Shown here piece after piece: positions 49,347 to 62,635 of a DNA stretch of 64,000 nucleotides. The stretch is from Felis catus (Eukaryota). Each line of letters opens with the position of its first letter. Within the stretch, counting starts at the first letter, position 1. Below the pieces are notes generated by a model, which was given only the letters and a program-made list of their open reading frames with translations, had not been told where the DNA came from and did not search any database. Both the position numbers and the translations under genes were made by a program. Where the stretch lies: positions 61,752,001 to 61,816,000 of the forward strand of contig NC_058377.1 in the NCBI RefSeq assembly GCF_018350175.1. The letters run 5' to 3'.

Positions 49347-49689
49347 TGGACAATTATCTTTCATTTTCAGAGAAACTCCTCAGAACTTCCTTTCCAGGAG
49401 AAATAACCCCAGCCCTATCATTGTCTATAGACCTCCTTTCTCCCAGAGCCTCCTTCCTGTCCTTATCATTCTGAAGTCAGTGAAAATAGCACTCAACACC
49501 AAACTCCAGGCACAGCTAATCAGGACAAGCAGTGAGCACTCAATTCATTCACTTATTCATTTAGTTTTTTACGCAAAAGCATATATCAGTGCCTACTATG
49601 TGTTAGGCACTGTTCTGCACTCCTGGGGCCTTTCTTAGAGTTCCACTCTCATCAGTATAAAAAGTGAGTCATAAATTCTAAACACACAC

Positions 49690-50500
49690 ACAAACAGCAC
49701 ACATATAAGGAGTATATATAAGATACAAATAACATATTTCATATATAGGGTATATAAGAAATACGTGTATGTAGGTGTAAGTATAAATATCTGTAAGTAT
49801 AATTATATATAAAGAATATATCTATGAAGAAAATATATCATATTATATGAAGTATGTATAGGTAAATATACTTATTTTTGTTATAGTATACATATATGTA
49901 TTTGTAATTATTACTTATGTGTAACATAAGTAGATACTATATATAAGTATAAATAAGTGTATCTATATACNNNNNNNNNNNNNNNNNNNNNNNNNNNNNN
50001 NNNNNNNNNNNNNNNNNNNNNNNNNNNNNNNNNNNNNNNNNNNNNNNNNNNNNNNNNNNNNNNNNNNNNNNNNNNNNNNNNNNNNNNNNNNNNNNNNNNT
50101 ACACTTAAAAAATTTCTTTAACATTTAATTATTTTTGAGAGAGCATGAGCGGGGATGGGGAAGGGACTAAGAGAGGAGACAGAATCCAAAGCAGGCTCCA
50201 GGCTCAGAGCTGTCAGCACAGAGCCCGATGTGGGGCTCAAACCCATGAAACCATAAGCTGAAGTTGAATGCTTAACTGACTGAGCCACTCAGGTGCCCCT
50301 GTTATTTATAGTATACATATTTGTAATTGTATATACTTATATATAACATATAAGTAGATATTACATATAGTATAAATAAGTGTATTTATAAGCATGTATA
50401 TACTTATCTTTAATATATATGTATATATAAAGGATATATAAGGATAAGTATAAATAAGTGTGTGTATATATATGTATGTATATATATATATAAAGGAAGT
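49690..50500. repeat. TA-rich low-complexity region with a degenerate repeat of about 95 bp and an N gap
   Basis: 49872-49970 resembles 50301-50393 (tatagtatacatat...ttgtaatt...ataagtagata...gtataaataagtgtat). Confidence 0.75.
50105..50299 (-). mobile_element. CanSINE in an AT-rich low-complexity tract
   Basis: Ends gagccactcaggtgcccc. Confidence 0.88.
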
Positions 50501-50520
50501 ATGTGTGTGATTTACACTTT

Positions 50521-50921
50521 TTTAAATGTTTATTTATATATTTTTAAGAGAGAGAGAGAGAGAGAGAGAAGGGCACAGAGAGAGCAAAGAGAATTCCAAG
50601 CAGCCTCCACTCTGCCAGCACAGAGTCCAGGCGGGCTCAATCTCATGAACCATGATCATGAGATCATGACCTGAGATGAAATTAGTAAGACTCTGTCACT
50701 CGGGGCACCTGGGTGTCTCAGTTAGTTGAGCATCCAACTCTGGATTTCGGCTCAGGTCATGACCTCCTGGTTCAAGAGCAGTTCATGAGATCATGCTCTG
50801 GATCAGGCTGTGCACTGATGTGAGGAGCCTGCTTGGGATTTTCTCTCCCCCTCTCGCTGCCCCTACCTCCCCCCTCAAAATAAATAAATAAACCTAAAAA
50901 AATAGGGCACCCAGGTGCCCC
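50521..50921. mobile_element. Minus-strand CanSINE with a plus-strand CanSINE (50702-50903) nested in its head
   Basis: Outer TSD TGTGATTTACACTTT at 50506-50520 and 50922-50936. Confidence 0.85.
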
Positions 50922-51130
50922 TGTGATTTACACTTTCAGTACTGTAGCAAAGGTATTATGTCAGTACCGAGAAAGATTTGCCTAACTCTACACAAGAAAG
51001 TCAAGAGAGATTTGTCAGAGAAAATGATATTTGTGCTGTTTTGAAGAATCAGCCAATGTTCACTGGTCATAAAAACAAGATTTTTTTTCAGGAAAGCAAG
51101 ATATACAGCAATGTAAATAATATCAACAAG

Positions 51131-51340
51131 AGGGGTGCCTGGGTGGCTCAGTCAATTGAGCTTTGACTCTGGCTTAGGTCCTGATCTCACCATTGGTGGG
51201 TTCAAGCCCCGTGTCAGGTTCTGTGCTGACAGCTCAGGGTCTGGTGCCTGCTTCGGATTCTCTGTCTCCCTCTCTCTCTCTGCTCCTCTCCTCGTGCTCT
51301 GTCTCTCTCTCAAAAATAAATAAACATTAAAAAATTTTTT
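51131..51340 (+). mobile_element. CanSINE
   Basis: Starts ggggtgcctgggtggctcagtc; degenerate TSD TAAATAAT..CAAC.AGA. Confidence 0.9.
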
Positions 51341-51759
51341 TAAATAATGCAACTAGAAAAATACATATAGGGAATTGTAGAGAATTGTAGAAAGAGTTGC
51401 ATGGATTTGTCAACTGCAAGAGAAAAAATGTCGGTTGAGAAAGATGCCGAAGCCAGAAGGACCCGGCTATGGAATATTCTAACATATTCAGAACACACAT
51501 CTTGGAATTCGGCAGACAGGGGCTCAGATGCTCACTCAGACATTAGCTCACCTGGAAGCCTTGGAGAAGTCATTTACCTTTGCTCTAGTTCCTTGCTCTG
51601 TGTAGTGGGGACAGAACATTTCATGGTTATGAGAAATGTATGTGATGATGCTAAGTCTCCCCCAGAGTCTGGCTGGGGCACAGACTCACCAAACCGCAGC
51701 CCTCGCCATAGCTCTTCACAAGTGTGAACCGCATTCTGGTGAAAGGGGGCTGGGAAGAA

Positions 51760-54000
51760 CTGGGAACAGTGCAGAAGCTCAGAGAGTTAGCATTCTCTGA
51801 ACAAGCCCCAGGACCGCAGCAGGGAATGGATCAAGGGGAGTCGGTGTTAAGCGTGCAAGTTAAGCGACAGAGAGGTCAGGTGAGCAGGTGAGGTGAGAAC
51901 TAAGAACTATGTCAGTGAGCACAGGCGTGGAGACAAAGCAACAGACTGCTGGGATATTTAGGAGGTAAAAATTACTTAACTTAGTTAGAAAAATAGATCT
52001 GGGAAGAAGCAAAGGGCCAAGGAAAGGATACATTCCAAAATGTTGTCTTGGATGATTAGAAAGTGTTAAACAATATTGTCAAAAATGCATAAATGGGAGG
52101 AGAATCACGTGTGGAGAGGGTAGAGGATGGGCTCAAGATTAGATGTATTGGATTTAACTGGCATCCATTTTGAGACTAGCAGGAAGGCAGAAGTTCGAGC
52201 CTGATGCCTAGCAGAGCTGTCCGGACTAGAGATAAATAGTTAGGGGTATCAGTCTATAAGTAAAATAATAATAGCTTACATAACGAATGAGAAAGTATTT
52301 AACATCAGGAGCCTGAGTAACATGAACAAATGAACATTTGTGCAATGGATGGGAGGGACTGAACAGGAGCTGTCATAAAAATTAGAAGAGAACCAGCAGA
52401 TCCTGTCATCAAGAATTCCAAGAGGGAGCCTTTAAAAGAAGAAATAGCTCTAGAGGTCAGGTGTGACTAAGCTGCCATTGAATTCCACCCCTAGAGGTCG
52501 TTGGTGAGTTTTAAAAGCTTTGCTTTAGCTAAATTAAAAAAAAAAAAAAAAAAAAGCCATTGGACGGTTGGTTGAGTCGTGAACTTAGGGGTGAAGCAAT
52601 GGAGAGGATACACGTGGATAATCCTTTCACCCCTTGTCAAAGTGATGAAAGGCTGGCATTGGTCTTCTAGAACATGTTTCCTTCTCACCACCTCCTCTGC
52701 ACTCTTTCCACTGGTTGGCAGCATGCACCATCATCGCTAACCCCTCCTGGTTGCATCCACAGCCCTTTCCAGTCCCATTTTATTGGCTAAAATTTTAGCA
52801 CTGACTCACTTTGCTCTTTCCACTACTGATCCAGACTAAATTCTTATGGTTCCAATATTCCCTCCCCTAATCCAATCAGCAGCCACACTTTCAGCGCCCT
52901 GACCTCCTCTTAACAAGGATTGTGTCCTTTACCTTAAATTGGCATCTCAACCCCATCCCACACTCTAGATCGCCGGTCCTTTTTCACCATCTCTCACTCC
53001 TTCATGTCTTCACTTTTCATTTTACGCAGTGCAGTGTCCACAGCACATCATCATAATTACTCTTTTGATAGACCCTGAACTGTCATCATACAAGCCTACC
53101 CTAACTTCAACTCTCCACATACTTCTCTTCTGCATTTGAGCAGATAAACACAGTGGTCAAAAACACACAAGAATGCTGACCAGTTCCACTTTGAATTTAT
53201 GAACAACCAATGGGTCTCATCTCTGCCTGGAATCCTACACTGCCTCCTTCATCTGAAAACTAGAATCAGATTTGATTCCCAACCACTCCATGGAAATGCT
53301 CTCTCACAATCAACCATGACTTCCTCGTCCCTAAATCCTCTGGTCACTTCTCAGTCCTTATTACCTTGACCCCTTAGTGATATTATATTTAATTGATTAA
53401 TCCCTCATGAAACTTACACCCAAAACCACCATCTCCTGTTTTTTGCCTGATGCAACTGGGATTTTATTTTCCCTCAGAATATTTTAGAGAAGTCTCTCTT
53501 CTCTACTTCTAAATGCCAGATTTGCCCAGGGCTCAATACTAGAAACTTCTCTCTACACTCACTTCTTAGGTTTTGTCCAGCCTATTTACTAATATCTCTC
53601 AAATATATGTCTCTTCCTCAACTTATTTCTGAAGTCTACATTTCCTATACTGAGTTAATGAAAACATAACAAATGAAAACCCTACTGGGGGAAGTGATTA
53701 TAAGTTGAATTTTTGACATGCTTTTGAAACAACTAGATGTAGATGCTCACTCAACATGCTGCTAGATAGGAGCCTAGAAATAAAAAATAAAAAATATCAG
53801 GTTATATATTTGATATTTATCAATGTATGGATAGTAAATAAAATCATGTGAGTGATGATATTGCCAGGAGAAACAATAGAGTATGGCCAGAAAATTGCTC
53901 AGAATAGGAATGGTTATATTTCAAGCATGAGCAATGAAGAGAAGCCAGCAAAGGAGGCTGAGAAGGAATAGAAATTGCAGAAATACTGAAGAAAATCTGG
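51760..54000. mobile_element. Mosaic of ancient L2 fragments in both orientations
   Basis: L2-like phrases ctaaatcctctggtcacttctcagtcctta, aagttgaatttttgacatg and gccagcaaaggaggctgagaagga. Confidence 0.55.
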
Positions 54001-54173
54001 TGAAGGCGGTGCTAGCAAAGACTAAAGGTAGTAGAATGGTAGAATTGATAATAGTGAACTAGATGATAGCAAAGAAGATGATGGTCATGATTCTCCTTCT
54101 GTGTGATTGTTAGTGAGACCAGAAGAACTAATAACCAGAAATATCCATTTATTTTCAGCTCCATCCCTGAGGA

Positions 54174-55160
54174 ATGATAGCTCTCTTCAGTCCTCAATTC
54201 ATGCTCTTATCCAACATTACTCAGTTTAGTCCCATGTTCTACCTCACTGGCTTTCCTGGATTGGACACCATCGAACACTGGATTTTCATCCCCTTTTTCC
54301 TTATGTACCTTGTGGCCATCTCGGGCAATTGTTTCATTCTGATAGTTATTAAGACCAACCCTCGTCTGCACAGACCCATGTACTATCTACTCTCTTTTCT
54401 GGCCTTCACTGACCTGGGACTGTCAGTGTCTACCTTGCCCACCACTATGGGAATCTTTTGGTTCAAATCTCATGGTATCTACTTTGTGGCTTGTCAGATC
54501 CAGATGTTCTGTATCCACTCATTTTCCTTCATGGAGTCCTCAGTGCTCCTTATTATGTCCTTTGACCGCTTTTTGGCTATCTGCCACCCCCTTAGGTACT
54601 CGGTCATTATCACTAGCCAGCGAGTGATCAGGGCAGGTCTGGCTGTCATCTTCCGGGGACCTGTGGCCCTAGTTCCCCTTGTCCTCCTCCTGAAGTCTTT
54701 TCCCTACTGTGGGCCTCGAGTCCTTTCCCATTCTTTCTGCCTACACCAGGAAGTGATACACTTGGCCTGCACAGATACCACCTTCAACAACCTGTATGGG
54801 CTGGCAGTGGTGGTGTTCACTATGATGCTGGACCTGGTGCTCATTGCACTGTCTTATGGGGTCATCCTGCACACCGTGGCAAGACTGGCCTCCCAAGAGG
54901 AGCAGCTCCGAGCCTTCCAAACATGTACCTCACACCTCTGTGCTGTACTGATATTCTTTGTGCCTATGGTGGGGCTGTCCCTCGTGCACCGCTTTGGGAA
55001 GCACGTCCCACTTGCTGTCCACCTTCTCATGGCCAATGTCTATCTCTTTGTGCCTCCTATGCTTAATCCAATCATATACAGTATTAAGACCAAGGAGATC
55101 CGCCACATTATCAGCAAACTCCTCGGTCTTAAGAACGTCAGTACTAAGTCTTGGAGCTAA
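54174..55160 (+). CDS. OR51M1: Olfactory receptor 51M1, intact, 328 aa (alternative start Met at 54201)
   Basis: [16 protein letters not shown]-terminus, [43 protein letters not shown] and [16 protein letters not shown] match recalled human OR51M1. Acceptor-like TTTATTTTCAG ends at 54158. Confidence 0.93.
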   Translation: MIALFSPQFMLLSNITQFSPMFYLTGFPGLDTIEHWIFIPFFLMYLVAISGNCFILIVIKTNPRLHRPMYYLLSFLAFTDLGLSVSTLPTTMGIFWFKSHGIYFVACQIQMFCIHSFSFMESSVLLIMSFDRFLAICHPLRYSVIITSQRVIRAGLAVIFRGPVALVPLVLLLKSFPYCGPRVLSHSFCLHQEVIHLACTDTTFNNLYGLAVVVFTMMLDLVLIALSYGVILHTVARLASQEEQLRAFQTCTSHLCAVLIFFVPMVGLSLVHRFGKHVPLAVHLLMANVYLFVPPMLNPIIYSIKTKEIRHIISKLLGLKNVSTKSWS

Positions 55161-56705
55161 AGATTCCAGAGGGTACCCAGGAGAAGTTCCCAAATCAGGC
55201 CAAAGATTTACAGCATTGAGAACCTACCATCACCCTACATGTTCCCCAAGTTTTTTTCCACTGCCCTAATTAAAATACGTATAGATTTCTTTCCTGAGTT
55301 ATGGGTTACGAGTGCTGATGTTCTCTTGCTTAAATTATAATTCCTCCTACGTATGAGACCTTGCTGTTTTGATAGCACCGAAAATGGCCCAGAAGAAGAT
55401 TCTGTTGAGGGTCATCAGCAATGTACAAATATTAAAACAAAAATGAAATGGAACAAAAATGAAAAAGGAAAAGTACATTAAAAAGCATCCAGAACAGAAC
55501 CTGGTAAAGAAGAGATAAATTAACTTCAAGAAATGTACCTTTCATTAATGGTTCCTTGGGACTGCTTCCCTCTTCTCTACCTGGTCAAAGTCCTTCTCTT
55601 CACTTTCTATCCTGGTTAAGCCATGTCCTTTGGACTCTTTAGTCACATTGGAAGAATCAGAACTTGTCACTCTTCCCTAATGGCTGATTTAGGTAAAACA
55701 CCTCCAAATTTTTCTGTGGATGTGCTCCCTCCTGGTCCCGTTCATCTAGTAAAAGCCCTTGACCCCACTCCTGACTCTTTACATCTCTGATTTTACCTTT
55801 CCTGTGGACTTACTGTCAGGAATCAGAAGTCAGTGTTTGCTCCTAAGCACTTCGGTTGTGAGATCTTGCACAATGACATGACATGCGGCAGAATTTCAAT
55901 GAAGGAAAATAGCGCAAACGTTTGTAAGTCATGATCCCATCGCTCAGGAGACTGTGAACCTAAAACTGGCAGAGAAGATTGCCCATACCGTTGACTAAAT
56001 GAAATTCATGTTGGAGTCTCAGCATTGGGGTTGCTTCCTCCTGGACATTTCCCTGAGGGCCCTCTCTCCAACATCAAAGTAGATGCTCCGTGTGTCTGCT
56101 CCTTTAGAACCCTGCATTTCCCAGCGTAACATCTATCACATAATAATGTGCTGCTTCATGCTCCAGCTTAGTTCCTCCTCCTCCTCCTCCCCCAATCTCT
56201 CTTTTTCTTTTTTTTCTTTTTTTTTTTTTTTGTCTTTTTCCAGAATGGATTTCTAAATTAAGCTCCTTGGAGGAATTATGCATGTCTTGTTAACCAGTAC
56301 ATCTCCATAAATACAATGAATGGCAGAGAACAGATGCTCAATGAATAAATGCTATTAATTTTTGGATACATAAATGCATAAATAGAGATTCGAAACTGAG
56401 AAAGAGAACTTCTTTTCTAGGGAAACTTTTTCTCTTCACACCCGGAAAGACCAGGAGGATTCCCTTATGATGGCATTTATCAAAGGGTGCTCCTCATCAG
56501 TATCCTAGCTCTGCTTCACTCAATTCAGGCCCTCTGGGCCTCCAGCCTCCTATGCCACAGGTTACCATGACCTGGAAGTGCTTACTGAGAGTTATTCTTC
56601 ACAGTCCTGAAGCATGGAAAACCTTGTATATAGTCCACCACCCCTCCTTCCTGATCTGCCTGAACAGAAACCTTGCTGAGTCTGTTTAATAAACTAAATT
56701 CTCTT

Positions 56706-57365
56706 GGGGTGCCTGGGTGGCTCAGTTGGTTAAGTGTCCGACTTTGGTTCAGGTCATGATCTCATGGTGGTGGGTTTGAGCCCTGTGTTGGGCTCTGTGC
56801 TGACAGCTCAGAGCCTGGAGCCTGCTTCAGTTTCTGTGTCTCCCTCTCTCTGCCCCTCCTCCACTTGCTCTCTCTCTCTCTCTCTCTCAAAAATAAACAT
56901 TAAAGCGTTGCCTGGGTGGCTCAGTCGGTTGAGCTTCCAACTTCAGGCCAGGTCATGATCTCGTGGTTCACGAGATCAAGCCCTACGGGTGGATTCTGTG
57001 CTGAACTTGCTATGGATTCTGCGTCTCCCTCTCTCCCATCTCTCTCTGCCCCTCCCCAGCTCACACCCTGTCTCTCTCTCTTTCTCAAAAACAAATAAAA
57101 ACTTTAAAAAAAATAAAATAAAGGGGCGCCTGGGTGGCTTGGTCGGTTAAGCGTCCGACTTCGGCTCAGGTCATGATCTCACAGTCCGTGAGTTCGAGCC
57201 CCGCGTCGGGCTCTGTGCTGACAGCTCAGAGCCTGGAGTCTGTTTCAGATTCTGTGTCTCCCTCTCTCTCTGCCCCTCCCCTGTTCATGCTCTGTCTCTC
57301 TCCATCTCGAAAATAAATAAACGTTTAAAAAATTTAAAAAAATAAATAAAATAAATATTTAAAAA
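56706..57365 (+). mobile_element. Three head-to-tail CanSINEs (starts near 56706, 56906 and 57123)
   Basis: Each begins at the A tail of the previous one; outer flanks TAAACTAAATT / TAAACTCAATT. Confidence 0.92.
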
Positions 57366-57690
57366 AATTATAAACTCAATTTTCTCTTTCTTTCCATGGA
57401 CTTAGGAGTCTAGAGTTTCCCATATCCTTGCCTCCACACAAGGTAATTTTTCCTGCCCTTATATTACAGAGTCCCCCACCTCTTCACTTTTTTTTTCTTT
57501 AGTTTATACCATTCATTTGGATGGTACACACATGGTTGATATCTGTCAGACTGGTTTCTGATTAAAATTTTGGCTTTTTTTTTTTGTTTCTGTTTGCTTG
57601 GCCAAAATGGGAGAAAGGGTGATAACAGCAGACCAGACAAAGACCCTCAGATATGATGGCACTTGAAAAAGTTAACATTAAAAAAGGTTG

Positions 57691-57880
57691 GGGGGAACCT
57701 GGGTAGGTCAGTCAGTTAAGCATCTGACTCTTGATTTTGGCTCAGGTCATGATCTCACGGTTCGTTAGATCGAGCCCCGTGTCGGGCTCTGAGCTAACAG
57801 TGCAGAACCTACTTGAAATTCACTCCTTCTCTCTCTGCCCTTCCTCCCAAAATAAATAAATAAACACTTGAAAAAATGTT
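57691..57880 (+). mobile_element. CanSINE
   Basis: ggggaacctgggtaggtcagtc...aaaataaataaataaac. Confidence 0.88.
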
Positions 57881-58318
57881 AAAATGTAAAAATAGGTAAA
57901 TTTTGGTTATTTAATAAGCAGTGCTAGCCAAATTTGTTATCCATGTGGAAGATACAATTTGATCTTTACCTTATAATACACATAAAAAATGTATCCAATT
58001 AAAGATATAAATGTTAAAAGGAAAATTTGAGGCTTTTTAAAAGAAAATACAAGAGAACAGAGAAGTAGATACACATATATAGATAGACAAAAAATGAAAA
58101 TAGAGTAAAACAGAATATACCAGAAACAAAGAGACAACACAAACCAGACTAGGAGATTCATCTGCAGTGTATATCTATATGAGCAACTGATGCTTAAGGT
58201 TCAGAATATATAAAGAATCTATATAAATTAGCAAAAATTTTAAAAGACAGAAAATCCAATAAGAAATTAAACAAAGATATGAATAGGCAATGCACATACA
58301 CAAAAAATGAGTAGGACA

Positions 58319-58520
58319 GGGGCGCCTGGGTAGTTCAGTCTATTAAGCGTCTGACATCAGCTAGATCATGTACTTTTGCTTTTGGAGTTCAAACCCCACA
58401 TCAGGCTTTCTGCTGTCATAGCAGAGCCTCAAGCCTGCTTCCAGTCTTGAATCCTTCTCTCTCTGCCACTCCCTCACTTGTGCTTTCTCTCTCTTAAAAA
58501 TAAATAAACATTAAAAAAAA
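58319..58520 (+). mobile_element. CanSINE within an old L1 fragment (about 57900-58680)
   Basis: ggggcgcctgggtagttcagtc...A tail. Confidence 0.85.
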
Positions 58521-58759
58521 ACGAATATGCCAAAAAACATCTGAAAACATGTTCATCTTCATAAGAAATTTGAAAAATAAAATAAATAACAAAAACACCA
58601 TATTTTATCAAAAACGTTAGCAAAATAGTAAATAAATACAAACTTTAATTTTCATATATTGCTGAGAGAGAGGGGATCCTTAAAGGTATAATGAGTGTTA
58701 AGGGTGCTGGATTTCTAAAGGGAAGTTTGACCAAAGTTCTCCTAGAACCCAATATCAAT

Positions 58760-58803
58760 TTTTTTTGTTTATTTATTCATTTTGAGAAAAAGAGCCAGGC
58801 AAG

Positions 58804-58837
<34 letters not shown>

Positions 58838-58957
58838 CCCAAGCAGGCTCCACACTGTCAGCACAGAGCCTTACTCAGGGGCTGAGTTCACGAACTGAGA
58901 TCATGACCTGAGCTGAAACCGAGTCAGACGCTTAACCGACTGAGCCACCCAGAAGCC
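58760..58957 (-). mobile_element. CanSINE
   Basis: (AG)n tract and gacgcttaaccgactgagccaccc. Confidence 0.88.
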
Positions 58958-61900
58958 ACTCTAATCTCAATGTATAATGGAAAATGACAATCTCCTTTAT
59001 ACATACATTTTTGCTAAATGTTTGAAACGGGCATTAACATCTGGGGGAAAATACACCAACATCCGAAGTTCAACTCAGTGTCCACAGGTGTCATGCAGTG
59101 AACTTCTATCTCAACTTCTCTTCTTCAGTTCCAATGTGTTTAACTCAGTTCTGCTTTGTCTGGTCACCCCACGGCCGTCTCCTGAATCTCTACTAGCCTG
59201 TTTTCTGATCTCCCAAACTCCCTCAGTTTCTTGTTCGACACTAGATTTATTTGACTTTAGTAAGGCCATGTCTCACTCAGTCCCTCCATCTTCTCCAAGT
59301 CTCTCAGTTCACTGCCGGCTTCATATATATCTGCATCTAATCTACCCACATATCAGTGCATTTCCACACTAGTTACACAAAACTCTTCTCTCTTGTTAAA
59401 CCAGCAACACAAAAAGTACATTTTACGAACAACTTTTAAAAGTCCTATAAAAATGGGTCATGGTGGATTTTCAAGCCAAATCTTTTTTTTTTCTTGTTGG
59501 TCAGAAAATTAGCCAATGAACCAGCCATCTACAAATAAATAACCAAAACTCATTATTTCAGCAATTTTAAATCCTCTTTACAACTGGGTCTGGAAATGCC
59601 CACTCTCTGCCTGCTCTCTCCAGTCCTCGCAGGCTGGTAAGCCTTATTCACCCCCCTTTTCTGATCAATCTCCTGTTCCCCTGCCCCCAACCCAACCTGA
59701 AACCTTTTCTCACAAGAGCTTAACCCCTGGATTCCGTCATCTCCTTTTATTAAACACTGCTGATGTTTTATGGCTACCATCAACTCTGTGCCCTGCTCCT
59801 TACTTGTTATCTGCATGTTTATAAAAGTGATAGCTGATGATCATAGTAGATTGATATATTATTTCTCCAGGAGACAATTGTCCTATAAAGTGTTATAAAA
59901 ATAATTGTTACAGTTGTTATAAAAATAGCTAACCCTTTTATAAGGATGCACTTTTTATAAGCCAGACATTTCTGTACACAAATTACATATATCAATTATT
60001 TTATTCATGCAGTAGATGTTTATTATTATTATTATGTTAATTTAAAATAGGTACTGACTCTATGACACTACTTGTTTCCCTTAAGGGTCCCTGGACACTG
60101 AGAAAGGGTGACAAAATTACCTGGGCACTTGCTCCTCAGGGAACCAAGTCCCTCTCCATCAGGAAAGATAACTATTAATAGATATTTGAGGATGATCTGA
60201 ATTTCAATGATCCCTTCTGAAGATTCCTGAGAGAGGAGGCAGAAAGCATGGGCATGCCGACAGTCATTGGTTGTTAAAGGCTCACATTCAATACTCACAG
60301 CCACTCTGAGGTGAGTATTAACATTTCTATTTTTAAAAATAAAGAAAAGAGCTTCATGAAGCTTCAGTAGGTAAAGTTGCCCTGTGCATAGAATTCACCT
60401 CCATTTCTGTCCACTCCCAAGGATGTAGTATTTACTGTACCATATTCTCCTCTCTCTGCTGACTTATTGTGTCCTATTACAATGGATTTGGAGTAAAAAA
60501 AAAACCCTTTCCTCCTCAAACCTGAAATATTCTTGTCACATGAATCTGAAACTGAGAGGTATCGTTGCCTTTTTAAGATCATTTTGAAAGAGATCCAAGC
60601 CTTGCTTGGCTGGGGAGACTTTGGAGGTCGAGGACAAAAAGGATGCAAAGAAGCAAAAGGGATAAAGACAGACACACAGACATACAGAATGGAAAGAGAA
60701 GACTGAAGATAACAGGAGAGTAAAGAACCTGCTTGCAGGTGTCCCTCGAGATTTGTGCCTTCTTATATCAGGTCACCAGGGTGGCATCAACTAGAAATAG
60801 GGAGCCATGGGACCAAGGGTACAGTGAGGCCACAGGCATGACAAACAGCTGCTCAACCCTGAGGCAGACCAACTGTGGTCCTTTGAGTAGGTAAGAAAGA
60901 CATGTTGGGCTTTTGGAGGAGAAGGGAGAACATCTGTTCCCCACAGCTAGTGGGGAACAGAAGTGTCCTCCAAGTCCCTTAGCCGTGGGGAGTTCTGCCA
61001 AGTGTGATCATGTCTTGAGGTCAATGACTTGTCTCTGAATGTCCCTACCTGAAGTTTCAGCTTAGAATTCTGCAGTTTCTTCTAAGCTAATTCTTGCTGA
61101 GTCACCCACATCAGACCACAGCAGGTGTACAGGGATCCTATGTGCAGATAGGCTATGGGCTTTTCTTGTTTCATTTTTCCCTTTCATATTTTCATGAAAT
61201 TACAATTTATGAAAACAAGCAATGATTTTAACATGCTAGGCACATCCACGGTTTCCTTCTCTCTGTGTTTTCTCTTAGTCCTAGTTAAAGTACAGTCCTG
61301 TGCACCTGCCACCACAGTCACGGTTTCCCACATCACATCCCCTCAACCCTTCCAGTTAGCGCAGAAAAATTCTAATTCCTCAGGTCTCAGCTGAAACATC
61401 ACTTCCTAAGAAAAGCTTTTCCCTGATTTTTATAATAAGTTAGATTTTTCCCTCTAGGTCCCTCCCACTGTATCCTGAACTCCTCCTCCCCCCCCAACCT
61501 TTCTTTCTTTTTCTTTTTTCGTAGCACTTTCTTTTTCTTTTTTCGTAGATTAGAGAGGGTGCTTTGGGTATGTGATGACTGAGCCTGCATATATATGGGA
61601 GAGGATGAGTTCTTTGACCCGTGGTTGAAAGGTGCAGAGATTTTCAGAGTAGGACCAGGACTCTGTGTCTCCGGGGTCCTGTGTGGCGCTCAGCATGAAG
61701 GAGAGCTGGTTGCTTACACGTGCGTATCCTCTCTGCAGTCTGCTGAGGAGTGGAAGGGGTAAGCTAAATAGTAGTTTCTGACAACAACTGGGAAGGCTTT
61801 TTCTTTGTTAATAACAATGGAATTGTACAATTGGGAATGAAGATAAAACCTGGAACCAAGATAGAGACGATAGAGTGCATCCAGAAAGGGCTCTTTAAAT

Positions 61901-62014
61901 GGAAGACTTGGTTGCATTATGTGTGGAGACTCAAGCCTGTAAAGGCTGAATGCCATATTTCTTCCATTTATTCTGCTTTTTGATTCAGAAGAGCTGCTTT
62001 GCCATTTCTTATTT

Positions 62015-62243
62015 AAAAATGTTTTAATGTTTTTTAGTTAATTTTTGAGGGAGAAAGAGAGAGAGAAGGAATGCGGGGGGGGGGGGGGAGGTGCAGAGAG
62101 AGAGGGAGACACAGAATCTGAAGCAGGCTCCAGCCTCTGAGCTGTCAGTACAGAGCCAGATGCGGAGCTCGAACCCACAAACTGTGAGCTCATGACCTCA
62201 GCCAAAGTCAGATGCTTAACAGACTAAGCCACCCAGGACCCCC
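62015..62243 (-). mobile_element. CanSINE with TSD and an internal poly-G tract
   Basis: TSD TGCCATTTCTTATTT at 62000-62014 and 62244-62258. Confidence 0.92.
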
Positions 62244-62610
62244 TGCCATTTCTTATTTTAAAAACTTGTTCTAAATCCAGTTGTCTAATGGGATCTATAT
62301 GAAGTTGGCTGTCTGTGTGTGCTTGTCCCAAAGAATACTGTATAACTGGTGTGTTTGTAATAGCTAACCACCTCTGTAAGCTAATGATATTAGTTTAATA
62401 AGTCACTCATTTATATCTTAATTTTTAGTCATGTCGCTTCTTGACTGGGTATCACCTCAGCCTGCAGAGAAGGACTAAAGAATAACCAGCATGTAAGAGT
62501 GAGGTCCCTCTAAGTTCAGCAATGGCTGAGTAGAGAATTCTCATCAGGAAAGATGCAAAACAAGATTTCAGCAAGTGTGGAAATATGTGCAAATGCAAGT
62601 ATGTGAGCAA

Positions 62611-62635
62611 GTGTGTGTGTGTGTGTGTGTGTGTG
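62611..62635. repeat. (GT)n microsatellite
   Basis: Perfect GT repeat. Confidence 0.9.

Noticed and set aside
52482-52500. Second CTCF-like string CGACCTCTAGGGGTGG (minus strand)
   Set aside because: Poor match in the GGC half of the core and embedded in degenerate L2-like sequence.
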